Assembly (NCBI RefSeq): GCF_041956535.1
Contig: NW_027192195.1
Coordinates: 283,807 to 347,806 of the forward strand
DNA from: Calcarisporiella thermophila CBS 279.70
Taxonomy: Eukaryota; Fungi; Calcarisporiellomycota
DNA: 64,000 bases
Direction of reading: 5' to 3'
Both the position numbers and the translations under genes were made by a program. A model generated the notes under the pieces. It was not told the DNA's origin and searched no databases. It saw only the letters and a list, made by a program, of their open reading frames with translations. This document shows positions 51,288 through 64,000 of the stretch, one piece after another (position 1 is the first letter of the stretch; the number at the start of each line of letters is the position of its first letter).

Positions 51288-52389
51288 TATAGCTTTTCTT
51301 CTATATTATAGAGCTTTATTTAATAAGTATCTAATGGGCTTATCTTTCAAGCCACCTATTAAATATTTCATATAATGGATTTTTTTACGCCTCAAAAAAG
51401 AAGGCAAATTATGTTCAGTTCCAGTCCCGATACAAGTGGTACCGATCTAGGGGAAATACAGCAGCTCCTTTGACACAGCCCACGTTGCTACAGAAAAAAC
51501 ATTCTAAGGGTGTTAGAAGCTCTTTCACCCTAATATTAACCATCCTCCGCATGTTCCTTAAACCTAAGCATCCTTACCATCGGTTTGATGATAATCAATG
51601 AAGAGCACTAACTCCTTCCTTAGAGGCCCAGTTCTATTGGGATTCTGAGTCAGAGGGCACCTTACTTATCTCATTATATTGTAATGATATTGAATACTAC
51701 AGTATTTGCGTCCATTGAAACAACCTATTGCATGGTATATATATATATGCAAAACTGTGTATGACTAATTAACTACTGGTATCTTGCACAGCATATCAAC
51801 GATGCCGATGTTATTGATGGAAACTGTGTCTACTTACAGATAGAGGTATATACTGTATATATAAAAGTTCGCCATTAAAATGGTCCAATCATTCAACCTT
51901 TTTCAGCTAGGTTTTGGCGAGGAATACATTTCCCATCTAAAACTACCGATATTTCGGCTAAGCAATTAAAATAGGATGCGCTCTAAATGTTTTGATTGCT
52001 GCGTTTCATTTCTTTTTCTTAGTCATCAATTAATTCTCACTATTGTCATTGAAAGAGAAAGAAGATGACAATGGATAAGTGATATGGAGACATAACTCTG
52101 TGAATATCTTCCAAGGACAATTTACCAGAATATCTATGTATATACTGATATTAGTGATGGTGTGATCTGTTTTTGCACCAACAAAGATTTGTAATGAAAA
52201 AGTTTTACCAATGATGTCAATTCCCGTCATACGATTTTCAATAAACCCAACCGGGAAAATCTTGGTGTTTAATTATTATTACTAAACTCTATTGGAAAAT
52301 CTCTATATATACAATGTTCCTGCGAAAAAGTCAAAATATTTTTCCTTTCCGTTTTGTCTTCCCCTCTTTCTACTGCAAGCAAAATCAAA

Positions 52390-53480
52390 ATGGACCTTGT
52401 TCTCGAGGCATTCGACGAGTACGTCCTGGATTCAGTGTACGCGCGTATTTTCCCTTTGACACTCGGGAATACGACCACAATTTCCTCGGAGCTGCTTCCC
52501 GTCATTAGCAGTGTTCCGAGAAACAACTTACTCAGACAATTCGCCTCGCTTTACCTAATTGTGACATTAGGTGGTTACTTCTTCTACTTCTTCTTTGCCA
52601 GCATCTCCTACTTCTTCTTCTATGATCATTCACTGAAGAAGCATCCAAAATTCCTCAAAAACCAAATGCAAAAGGAAATAAAACTCGCCTGTTCCTCTAT
52701 CCCAGTAATGTCACTCTACACAGTTCCGTGGTTTCTCTTTGAAGTGCGTGGATATTCTCGGCTCTACAACAGCGTAACTGAATATGGATTGTTTTACCTC
52801 TTCTTCACGATATTTGAGTTCCTCTTGTTCACCGACTTTGGAATTTACTGGATCCACCGCGCGTTGCACCACCGGCTTCTCTACGCTCGTCTTCATAAGC
52901 CTCATCACCGCTGGATAGGTAAGTGAAATCAAAACCGTTTGCGAATGTCGTAAGCTCTAGCGTTAAGCTTTTCATTTTGTTTGTTTTTCTAAATAGTGCC
53001 AACTCCCTTTGCTTCACACGCCTTCCATCCCCTTGACGGCTACCTGCAATCTCTCCCCTATCATATATTCGTATATATATTTCCCATGCACCGCCTACTC
53101 TATCTTGGCATGTTTATCTTCGTCAACTTTTGGACCATTATGATTCACGATGGTGAGAATGCTCGCTCTCTTTCTCTGGAGGTAGTAACAGTTCAGCTTA
53201 CTAACCTGTTATCTTACATATATTAGGTGAAATGTTAACGAATAACCCAGTCATCAACTCCAGCGCCCACCACACTATCCACCATCTCTACTTCAACTAT
53301 AACTATGGTCAATATAGTACTCTCTGGGATCGCGTCGGAAAGAGCCACCGTCTGCCTGCATATAAACAGACCGAGCGCCAAATTCTAGACGTGTGGGCAG
53401 ATCAGGTGAAAGGCATAGAGGCCAGCACTGAGTATGATCCTTCTGAGGAATACATAGAGAATACCAAAAAGATGGATTGA
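52390..53480 (+). CDS. ERG3: C-5 sterol desaturase
   Basis: [14 protein letters not shown] start; HPKFLKNQ; His boxes [46 protein letters not shown]; 2 introns. Confidence 0.96.
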
Positions 53481-54058
53481 GCGTCAGACACGCATTATTT
53501 CCCCTGTTTAGATACTTATAGCTATTGGCCTATTTAATATTTCTGCCTGATATTTTGTATTATTTATAGATCTTTCATCCGTTGTTGTCTTATTTATCTA
53601 TTTCTCTACCCCTTTTCTATTTTTGTAAATAATCTCCATCTTTGAAAACGAAATGCCGTCAAAGATGGGCAAATTTATTTTTTGAATTTTCAAATTTCGA
53701 AACTGGGGGGGTTTGAACTTGGATTTTATTTTTTTTCTTTTTTCGTCCAAACCCTTTTTCAAGATTCCAGCGGGAGATTCGGTTCGAGCGCGTTATTAGA
53801 AATCTATTGCAAGAGCCCTTTTAACCTAATCACTCAGTCTAACTAATACACGCAAAGTGTGCACATAAAAAAGTCTCCTCGTTTAAACCCCAATCGTCAT
53901 TGAGTTGATCCCTAAATAGATTCGGATTCACCATTTGGCGAATATCTCTGCGATTTTGTTGCAGTGATCTCTTATTCCTTTTTTCTTCATTTCTCTTCTA
54001 TTTATTCTACTTCCATTTTCCCGCTACAATTACTCCATCGCCTACTTTATAAAAAGCC

Positions 54059-56822
54059 ATGTCGGCATCTTACATATATACAGCTGTGTATTCGGGGGTA
54101 CCAGTCTATGAAATGATGGTTCGTGGGATCGCGGTCATGCGAAGACGATCGGACAGTTATCTTAACGCCACACAGATATTAAAGGTATAATGCTTGCTAA
54201 ATGGTGATGTTTTGTGAAAATGTATACTTTAGCATTGTTCTTCTTATAATCAGGTTGCAGGTATTGAAAAGGGAAGAAGGACAAAAATTCTAGAACGAGA
54301 GGTGCTGACTGGGGAGCATGAGAAGGTACAAGGGGGTTATGGGAAATATCAAGGAACATGGTAAATAAAAGAGAAGCTTAACTGTTGAGTGTTTTTTATT
54401 AACCCATTGACTGGCATCTGCATCCAGGATTCCCTACAAGCGGGGCCAGGAACTTGCCCAGAAGTACGGGGTACTCGATTTTCTTCGGCCCATTCTTGAG
54501 TACAATCCCTCCAATAGTACGCTAGCTGATCGCACACCCACCAAGGAAGAAGCCCTCCTTGCACAACGTAAGGCAATGTCTTTTTCAGTTTTAAACAATC
54601 AGTCTCAAAAATCCTTGCAGCCCCTGCTCCCTTCTTCTGGTATAACCGCAGTTTTGGATCAAGAACATATTTTTCATTGACCTCTCTAAATACTTCGTTG
54701 AACCTCTAGGTGCTGCGGCCCCAGCCTCGTCTCCCCTTAATTCCGCCCTGACTACGCCTGTGAACATGAACACTAACAAGTCGATCAACATGAACCGGTC
54801 GGGAGAGCCTCCACGTAAACGGTTCAAGGCCTCTATGGGAGGGGGCGATTTAGGGCCTTTTGGAGCCTCTCCGTCGGGAAAAGGAGGATCAGGGTTGAGT
54901 CATGGCATTGAACCCTCCGGGTTTTCCATTGATGAACCCGCCGCGACGAGTATCCAAGACCACCGTAGCCTGCTCATGAGCTTTTTCCTTAATGAGGACC
55001 CAAACCACGTACCCGCCCTTTTAACTGGCCTTCCTCCCTCCCTAGATATCAACCTCGTCATCGATGACCAGGGGCACACCGCAGTGCATTGGGCGGCCGC
55101 TTTGGCACGCCTCAAAATCCTGCAGATGCTCATCGACAGGGGTGCGAATTGGCATGTTGGAAACTACGCTGGGGAAACGCCCCTCATGCGTGCAGTCCTT
55201 GTGAGCAATAATTATGACATGCAGACGTTTGAGCAATTATTGCATATGCTGCAGGACACGGTTGCTATGACCGATCGCAGCAAACGCACCGTGCTGCATC
55301 ACATTGCCCTGACCGCTGCCATGAAGCAGCGCACCCAAGCGGCTCGCTACTATCTGCAGTGCCTGCTCCTCTGGCTCGGTCAGCAGAACAATCCCGAACT
55401 TTCGGATTTCGTTAATTTGCAGGACGAAAATGGAGACACAGCCCTCAATATTGCGGCGCGCTTTGGGGATTCCAATATTATCCAGCAGTTACTTGATGCA
55501 GGGGCTAACCGAATGATTGAGAATGGTTTTGGGATTAGGCCCATTGATTTCGGGGTCGGCGAGGACGAGAAGGACAAGGGAGAATCGGCTACTAGGGCTG
55601 ATGTAACCACCAAAGAGGGTGGTGCGAACGCGAAGGTAAGCGCCTCTTTAGACATTTCTCACTTATTATTTCTGAATTAACTCACTGGCGTTTCTGTTCC
55701 TTTCTTTTTCAGATCGAGGATACAAACGATGATGTGTTTTTAGCCTCTCAAAAGAAGGAACAGCCCACTCATTCCCAGTCTCCGCCTCTTCCGGCTTCGC
55801 AGGCCGATTCGATTGCAACTGAACTGATCACTCAACCCAGTTTCGACAACGATGTCAAACCAGCGGACGCAAGTCAAGAAGTAGGGGAGTCCGAACTACC
55901 CAGCACTGCTAAAAAGGCAAAGGAAGTAATGCAAGGTATGATATTTTCCAGCACTCTCTGCAATGATCCTCAACTCTAATAATGAAATCTTCGGTGATAC
56001 TAATACATTTTCCGCTCTACAATATTAGCACTCCAAGAAATCTTCGAGAATGTGGATCTCCAATTCACAGAAGAGATTAAATCACGTCAAACGGAACTCC
56101 AGAAGACCCAGGCAGAGCTACGACTTGCCACCAAGGAGCTAGCCGAGTCCCGTCGTCTCGTCCAGCAGCAAAGACAGGAGGTCGAGGAGCTTGATGCGGC
56201 ACAGCAACGCATCGTGAATTTGGAGCGGGCCATCGAAGAGGAAGGGGGCATTGTGCCTCCTCCCTATGGCTCCGTGGGAGGCGAGGAGGGAAACGCCGAG
56301 TTTGGATCAATGGTGGTAGGCCTGGAGAGTGCGGAGGACAAGGAGTGGAAGGATGAGGATCTGGATAAAGAGTTTTGGGTGCCAGCACGCGCCCCTGAAG
56401 ATGTCGAGATGCCGGACGCACGCGCTCCAACCTCTTCAACGGCCACCGCTACTTCCAGCGTCTTGGTGCCGAACAACACTTCGGGAGTGGATGTGAACGC
56501 GCGCATCGCTCAGCTGGAGCACGAGCTCTCCCAGCTTATAGCCCATGTTGCAGCGTATGAAACAATCAATGCCGAACTGGATTCTCAGGTGCTGCGATTG
56601 CAGCAACAGAACTCGGAGCGGGAGTTGAGGTGCCGCCGTTTGATTGCAGCTTGTTGCAATGTACGGATAGAGCAGGTTGATGATATGCTGCAGTCTCTAC
56701 TGCAAGCGGTGGAAAGCGATGGTGCCGAGCTAGACCTTGGAAGGGTGACCGGTTTCATGAGTAGAATGAAACAGCGGGACGTTTCATTCGTGGTTGGCGA
56801 GGGTATGCTAATGCAATCATGA
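54059..56822 (+). CDS. MBF/SBF transcription factor subunit (Swi6/Cdc10/Res family): APSES/KilA-N, ankyrin repeats and coiled coil
   Basis: [36 protein letters not shown]|[18 protein letters not shown]; ankyrins [39 protein letters not shown]; C-terminal [16 protein letters not shown]. Confidence 0.93.
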
Positions 56823-57660
56823 AAAAAAATGCATCCCTGGCCTTGCTTCTTCAATCATACTAGCAATTTCGTTTTATCATTTCATTTTTTTTTTTTAAAG
56901 GCTTTTCAATTTGCTTTTCTGTGTACACTTGTTTTATTTTCTGAAAAGATATTCACGACTTCTCATTCTTCACCTCTCCCTCACCTACTCCTTTCTTTTT
57001 CAAAATCTAACTGTTGTAGTTTTTTTTTCCTTGTTAGTTTTTATGATTTTCTGTATGGTTGTTTTTTTTTCTTATTAAAATTACTATTCAAAATCTGTCA
57101 ACGCTATTTTCAAATGTTTAATTCAACAATCGAGCGCGATACAAACCGAACCAATCTCGTGATTGGACCAGCTTTTTACGGCTTTATGAAATTGGATCCT
57201 TGAAAGTAGTACGAAGCTCCTTAAGTTTTAATATTATTCATTAAAACACGCCTGGGTAACGACTTGAAAAAGGCAGGCCGAACTCATTTAAGTCTCCGTG
57301 GGTATAGTTCAGTAGTCATGGTGGCGGTCGGTTTTTGATCACCCGCTGGAATGACCCTCTTTGCTATGTGGCTCTCGAAGATCAGGGGGAAACTTGCTAA
57401 GTTTGTACTTGAATCCTTTTCTAGAGTCAAGAGAGATAGGCGATGATTTACTCAATTGGATAGTGAAGGTAAGATGCCCTGCTCTTGCGAAATTTAGTAA
57501 ATAATTGAATACCTACAATGAATGATAAAAAAATTGGTTTGGATACATGCTAAATAAAGAGGGGTCGAGGACAAAAGAGGATCCAAAATGCTTCTGAGGA
57601 GTATACATAGAGATATAGAAAATAAAGAGGAACGGGCTATTCTAGAGAAGGTTGGCTCCT

Positions 57661-58018
57661 TTAATTTCTGCCCTGTCTTCTCCCCCCACCTTGTCTCTGA
57701 GCCACACCTTGTTGTCGTTGGGCTCCCTGTACTTGACGCCCGCGTCCAGCTTGCCCTTGCTGCCTCTGTGCACCTTGCTGCTGTTGCCTCTGTGCACCTT
57801 GCTGCTGTTGCCTCTGTGCACCTTGCTGCTGTTGCCTCTGTGCACCTTGCTGCTGTTGCCTCTGTGCACCTTGTTGCTGTTGCCTCTGTGCACCTTGTTG
57901 CTGTTGCCTCTGTGCACCCTGCTGCTGTTGCCTCTGTCCATTTTGCTGCTGCTGTCTCTGACCCTGTTCACCCTGACGGCCATTGCCTCCACCCTGTCGC
58001 TGCCTTTGTCTTCCCTGC

Positions 58019-58069
<51 letters not shown>

Positions 58070-58677
58070 CTTTGTACCCCCTGTTGTTGCTGCCTCTGAT
58101 CCTGTCTACCCTGACGGCCATTACCCTGCCTTCCATTGCCTCCGCCTTGCCTTTGATTGCCTCCTCCTTGTTGCCCATTGCCCCCTCCTTGTTGTCCATT
58201 GCCCACGATTCGGACATCAGCGCAATTGAGGTAGGGCTTTGCCGGCAACTCTGCAAGCCACCTGAAGCGCATAGTGCAACGCTCGCACGTTACACCCTGA
58301 GGCAGCTGCAGTTGGCGATTAAAGGTGCCGGTGGTCTTGGCGCAATCTTGCACCTGCAGTAGCGGCTGGAATTGGCCGTTGTCGCCGTTGGGGGAAAGCT
58401 CGAAGAAACACGGCCCATCGTGGGCAATCGTGATACGCCAGCTTACATCGAGTTGTTGACCTGCCTGCAGGGTGGTTTTGATCTGGCCGGGAGCAGTGCC
58501 TCCGCAGGGGAAGTCTTCCGTGGGACCCTCCGTGTTGATGAAATCGTTGGCCTCGCTGTCGCCCGGCTTAATACGAATCTCCGGGCTAAGCATGCGCCCG
58601 TGTGCGGAGACAAGGGAGGGGGCCAGCCCCAAGAAGAAAAGTGCGGCTGCAGATACAATCGAGCCCTTAGCAACCAT
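57661..58677 (-). CDS. Secreted LPMO-like copper protein (AA11/AA15/AA16-like fold) with a Gln/Gly/Arg-rich repetitive tail
   Basis: Signal peptide ..SLVSA followed by His1 (HGRMLSP); FPCGG; second His in AHDGPC; CERCTMRFRW; YLNCADV; intronless. Confidence 0.8.
57755..57945 (-). repeat. 24-bp coding tandem repeat (GAQRQQQQ, about 7-8 units), with an adjacent CAG/CAA polyQ tract
   Basis: Repeated CCTTG(C/T)TGCTGTTGCCTCTGTGCA on the + strand; polyQ tract at ~58015-58065. Confidence 0.9.
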
Positions 58678-59745
58678 GTTGGATATATTGGAAATAAATA
58701 AAGCGATAAAGTAGTGAGGGTGAGGAGTGCCGAGGTTTAATGTGCACGAGGTCTGCTGTGCTAGTGTGAGGAATCAGAAGAGAGCTTTCTATGCGGAAGC
58801 CCCACTATAGTGAAAGAGAAGAGAGTCAGTAGAAGCGTGACGTTGGGGGAAACGGAAGGAGGGGGCTCTCGGGCGGCAATTCCTTTATATAATGGCCCAC
58901 GTTCGATTCAATTTTCCATCACCCTTCAATTTTTTTTGCCTCTGCCCGTCACCCATTAGAATTTCGGTTCTTTGACAGTCCGCGATCTCTCCCCCTCTAA
59001 GAATCCACGAGGCTCGCGGACATTTTTCTTTGTTTGCAGTTTAGTCAGAGCGTGCCCGGTATCCATTTACAAAAGCTTCGTAATTAGTCTCCACGCCTGC
59101 CATTTGACGGCCAGCCGCGATCCAAGGAGCATTGCCCTATTAAGCCAGTGCCCCTACCCTCTCCCCTCCCTTGTGCTCTCTTCTGTAACCCAAACACATG
59201 CGCATGGACCGGTTTTCGGCCGGCTATCATTGGAAAGGTTCCGCCATCTCGAGATCCTTGTTTTATTTTTGTCCTTGCTCTTGATGGATTTCATCAACAC
59301 GCTCCGAGCTTTTTTAGCCATTCCCTGGGAAGATGCAATCGAAGAAACTCCATGCCCAGGTCTTAATTGATTAGTCTAAAAAACAGTATACTTTGTATTC
59401 AGTGGAGGAGGCAGTAGTGAGAAGTGATAATAAAAGAATAAAGCGATCGGAAATAAGAACACGAGAGAGAAAAAATTTTTGTTAAACGATAGCAAAAATA
59501 CCAAACAAGGAACTGTGTAAGCACTTTTAGCTCCAGTTTCTTGGTTATAGTTATATGTATAATAAGACCATAGAGAAGATTCCAATTAAAAGTTCGTGCG
59601 TTTGTTCTCACAAGATATTTTGAAATATAATCGAACAAATTCTATTGAAGCGGGAAGAGGGAAGAGGAGGGGGGAGGAGAGGGTGGAGGACGAGAAGGGG
59701 AGAGAGGAGAACGAGAAAGATAACGAAAACAAAAACAGCCAAATA

Positions 59746-61336
59746 CTACCAACAGTTCCACATATGTCCATTTGTGATGATCCCGAGGTCACAAATATAG
59801 TCATTTGGAGGCTTCATTCCTTTACGTTTGTTCTCCTTCATGCGCCTCTCAGCCAGCGTTTCCAAACCCTGCAGATGAGTCGGGTCGCCGTAGACGAGAT
59901 AGGAAACGCGCAATACTTTATAGAATTCTTCAATATCAAAGCCCTTAATGTTCTTGTACGGCCAGCCCTCGCCCTCCGTGAGCGCGTAGGGTAGCAGGTA
60001 GTCGACCGCCTTCTTGATAGACTCCCCGTTCGGCCCTTCGTAGTTCCACAAATCCACCTGAACTAACTTCGCTTGTTGTGCCAGTAGCATCAACCCCTGC
60101 AAGTTGAAAGCGCTGTAGAACCATCCCGTGGGACGCTCCGTCTCCCCAGGTTGCCACCCATTGGGCTTCACCTGTCTTAAGATCCTCTTTGTTTTAGCCT
60201 CTTCCGCGACGGCCCGTGCCTCCTCAACGCGACCAAGGAAGCGAAGCAGTGCGATGTGCTGAACATCGTAGTAGGTTCCATGGTTATTGTGTGCGTTTCG
60301 CTCCAGCTTTCCCTGCTTACTGTTGTAGAACCAATCGTAGTACTCGATGAACCAATTCTGTAGGCCCTCGTGCAACTCCTTAGTATAGTATTCCGAAGCT
60401 TGAAGATATTTGATCCCGTCAAACATACTAAGTACCCAATAGCGGGGGCGGGTTAAGAGAAGGAACAAAAGACTCAAGTTCAATACCATTCATGGATTTA
60501 TGGCACAATTCATATGCTCACCGGTACACCTGCATGAGGTCCAATACACCCGTGCGACGACCCTCCTCAGTGCCTTTCCTGAAGCTTGCATACTTGAGGT
60601 TGGGGTTCATCTTGGTCTCTGGATGCAAGAACCACTCATTCAGTCGGTAACATGCCTTTTTTGCGTACTTGGCATCGCCAGTCCAGAAGTATGCCTGGCC
60701 CATCACGCCCACTTCGCGCATCATTTGACGAAGTAAACGGTAATCACGGACAGTCTCTACTTCGGGATTAATATGCCCATCTCTACCGATATAGGGAAGT
60801 CCATCTTGCTTTGAAGGGTCTGGCCAGAAATACTTGGCAAGTGAGAGATAGTCGTGCTTGTCGCCAGATGGAGCTGTTTGCTGCTTGAGCGTGACAGAGT
60901 ATACTGACTCATTACGCACAGCAATATCTGCATCGTGAATAACTAGCATCTTAGCACGTTGTCGTTCTTCATTCCACTTGCGCAATGCGAGAAATTCGAG
61001 ATTGGTAGCGGGCTGGACTGCTTGGAAGGTCTCATCATGCTGCCCGTTCGCAGCCGGCATCGCTGGACAAGGAGGGCAGGCGAAGGAGAGATCAGGGATC
61101 TTGGTGGGTATCTGGCGGAGCGAGGTAGGGCCTGGGAGATCACCATGCGGGAAATCAGCCCCCTGCTGCGGAGCTTGCTCAGGCGCTGCAGATTGTTTGA
61201 GCAAAGATAGCCAGTCTTGAGGCTTTTGTTGTTCTTCTCCAGATCGGAAGGCACTCCATAGAACAATACAGAAAACGAAGAAAATGAGAAGCAGGGTAAG
61301 GTCCTTTACTCTTAAAGAACGCCAAGGATTGGCCAT
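59746..61336 (-). CDS. Alginate-lyase-domain (PL5-like / PF05426-type) protein with an N-terminal membrane anchor, 2 exons
   Basis: APSGDKHDYLSLAKYFWPDP..GLPYIGRDGHINPE; WFLHPETKMNPNLKYA; NNHGTYYD; YSAFNL; TM segment LTLLLIFFVFCIVLW; intron ~60428-60521. Confidence 0.85.
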
Positions 61337-63218
61337 TGTGTCGCGCTGTTTTATTTGGCTATCTTTCCTCCCTTGATTAATGTTGCTTCTCCAGTTTCTG
61401 TAGGATTATTATTATTTTTAGAAAGAAAGAAATGTAGGGAGTACACAATAAATTTTCTCCCTGAGCCATCTTGATCTGTGGGGGCTTAGCATTTATCAAA
61501 GTGAAAACCCACAAACCAGCACGAGCGCTTTCCTTTCGGGGACGGGCCTGAAGAATGAGAATTAGACAAATCCAGCCTGCAAATTAAACTGGAGGACGGG
61601 CACGAAGCATTGAGTAGGTGCATGGAGTATTTTATTGCGTGTGTCTGATTGAATACAATGGATAAATGGGAACTAACTTTAGAAATACAAAACAAAGATA
61701 TTTTTAGCTGCAAGAACTATTCTGAACACTTCCCCAGTCAGGGGGAAGTTGACAAGGCGGGGAGAATGCCGCTTTAGTCTGTATAGGTGGGATGAGCAGG
61801 ATCCGGGATGGGCATTCCTAAAATCGTCCTCTCCAATGGTTGCGGTGGCGTGTAGTCGTATGAGGATGCTTGCGAGATCGCATTCGGGCCAGTGCTTTAT
61901 AGATCCCGAGCTTAGCCATAATATATACAAAAGGGTTGGTATTCTTGGTATTGTGTTTTGGGTAGTTGATGTTGCGTCTTACATGGCAAAGATTAGTCAA
62001 ATAGTATTGAGGCAACAGATCGGGAAAAAGAGCACCAAAACTACCTGTGGCGGAATAGGCGCCATCCCCCGCGATGGTTGCGGCGATTAAAATATCCGCG
62101 ATCTCTCTGGGGTCTCATTGTTATTGTGATTCCAACCTTGAGTAATAATTGTTTTTGAGCAGTTTTCAGGTGCGGTCTTTTAGGTGTGAGAGAGGGGAAA
62201 GGGCATATTTATCTCGATTTGATGGGCGCCTAAGATATTCCAAAGTGGAGTCGCTACGCCCAAACCAATTCCGACTTTATCTTCTAGAATGCCTAATGTA
62301 AGGTTTTCCCAACCCTCCAGTAAAAAAAGGGCCGTGCATGATGCAAAATCTCAGGATCTCTTCGATCCATCGGATCTATTCCTCTACTCCATACTTGCGT
62401 AGCATCAGGTCTAAATCTGATCAGACATGCAGAGCATTTTTTCAGATCCTTCTGCAGTCTATTAAGGTGATAAGTTTTCGAAAAATAAAAGTTACCACCT
62501 TTTCCACTCTACTCAGCCTAGTAGAGTGGAACTTAATCCAATTTGAGTTATGTTATATGCTGGATAATCCCTGCCTGTATCACGCCATTATCCCTTTTCA
62601 CCTTATTCATTATGTTTCTAATTGAGCTCTCGTTACCTGCCAACTCCTCTACACCGAAGGTCAGGTGAAATTTTTGACAGAGTAATAAACCCTGTCACCT
62701 CTAGAATATAAAGTGTTGCCGTCAATTACCTCGCCTCTCAACTCTTCACTATTGCATACATTGTGCAACTGCTTCAAGAGGGGGGGGGAGGAAGGCACAT
62801 ACGACAATTGTCATATGATCGGCCTTTATAAAAAAGTTCCAAAGCAACTTGACAAGTGATAAAGATAGTGGACTTGTATCCACATTTTTCTACACCAAAT
62901 CTTCCTGATATCTTCTGCTTTAACCTCTGTGAACGCGGTGATTCTTTTCTTTTTAACATAAGGTCTTTATTGAAAAGTAACCTATCCTTTTAAAAAAATT
63001 AGCTAGATTCTACGTCAAAATCACCCCAATAAATGCTCCTGACGTACCTTGAAGGAAAAGGAAGAAGAAAGAAGGAAAAAACGGATATAATAAGGGGAAA
63101 GGGAGAGGATAAAAGGTAAAGTGGATGCAGTGGCTCCCCAAAACGCCTTGAAATTAACATAATATAGTATATATGTTTACAGAGAACTTCTAAGTCAAGC
63201 AAGTGTTCCACCTAAGTA

Positions 63219-63290
63219 TCCGAATTGGTCCAGTGGTTAGGATTTCCCGCTCTCACCGGGACGGCCGGGGTTCGATTCCCCGATTCGGAG
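63219..63290 (+). tRNA. tRNA-Glu(CTC)
   Basis: TCCGAAT-TG-GTCCAGTGGTTAGGAT-T-TCCCG-CTCTCAC-CGGGA-CGGC-CGGGG-TTCGATT-CCCCG-ATTCGGA-G, followed by a T6 Pol III terminator. Confidence 0.96.
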
Positions 63291-64000
63291 TAGTTTTTTG
63301 CGTTTTTCTCATTATTTTTTGATGTTTTTCTCCTTTTGAAGGGCATAGGGACGTTCCCCTCGTCGAGAGGAACCGATTGATACCCTTTTTGTAGGGAGTT
63401 TCTGCAATTTTTGCGGAAACATCGAAGATGATGGGAAAATCGACGCTGATGATGGCGATGGTGACTCCGCCAAAACAACTCCAAATGTCACGGGAACGGT
63501 TCAACAGGGACCACTGATGGGTCCTGACCTCGTGGGGACAGGGTCTCTCCGCCATCTGAGCTGTATGCGGTTCGTCTGAGGCTCGGAGACATGGGGCCCT
63601 CATTCACTTGATGAGGCATCTAGCGACGCCGAACCAGACCAGAGAGCACCACAGGCGCTGCGCCAAGTTCAGAATCTCCCGCCCTTAAACGTAGGATTCA
63701 AAGGCAGTCGAGCCAGGATGCTAGCGAAGGCTTATTTACGACACAACTGTTTACGAACTACAACTAGCGATTCCCCAGACAATCCGATGTTCGAAGTACC
63801 GTCTACTTAGTCGGAAAAAATTAGTACGGCCATAATGGTAGAGGGATTTTTCGTGATAGCAATATGACTTTGTTGCACCCTTTGTTATACGTTCGACCTC
63901 GAGATCTTGACCAACCATTAGCTATCTTCGCCAAGCCGACAAAGCGCACTCATGAGTTCCCGGAAAGCAGACTTCCTCTTCACTGTTGTCCATCTACCCC

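Noticed and set aside
31741-53480. Enoyl-CoA hydratase and ERG3 as tailoring genes of an NRPS cluster
   Set aside because: Both look like ordinary, conserved housekeeping orthologues; nothing links them to the NRPS except proximity.
57755-57945. Regular 24-bp repeats as a possible CRISPR array
   Set aside because: There are no unique spacers, the repeat is in-frame coding sequence in a eukaryotic gene, and no cas genes are present.
57588-58362. Long + strand ORFs (poly-Leu, VAAVASVH repeats) and the alternative - frame ORF
   Set aside because: These are shadow frames of the CAG/CAA-rich repeat in the LPMO-like gene.
61650-62100. Short ORFs upstream of the lyase gene
   Set aside because: No recognisable motif or consistent splice pattern.
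63300-64000. Possible retroelement or gene fragment downstream of tRNA-Glu
   Set aside because: The frames I read on the + strand are interrupted, and no gag, RT or integrase motif was recognised.

Overview
Intron-rich eukaryotic DNA from a fungus, most likely an early-diverging (Zoopagomycota/Mucoromycota-like) lineage; the taxon is an inference from gene content. I can support 18 protein-coding genes: a partial 7TM-like protein, RFC5, SprT/Spartan, an F-box protein, MRPS16, a PUF protein, malic enzyme, signal peptide peptidase, a C2H2 transcription factor, Irc6/p34, a Rua1/DUF4451 protein, MscL, a small CxxC-H-H protein, enoyl-CoA hydratase, ERG3, a Swi6/Cdc10-family MBF subunit, an LPMO-like secreted protein and an alginate-lyase-family protein. 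There are also two tRNAs (Ile-AAT, Glu-CTC). The standout is a nineteenth gene, an 11-exon, ~4,397-aa trimodular NRPS (36252-50186) sitting alone in an AT-rich island between housekeeping genes. Its modules look bacterial: half-C, A-T-E, C-A-T-E(dead), C-A. They are fused, at a junction visible in the sequence (~48105), to the C-terminal A-subdomain-T-reductase part of a fungal Lys2 (alpha-aminoadipate reductase)-like protein. This chimera is predicted to release a D-amino-acid-containing tripeptide aldehyde or alcohol. Exon boundaries were spliced by hand from GT/GC-AG signals and reading-frame continuity; no database searches were run.
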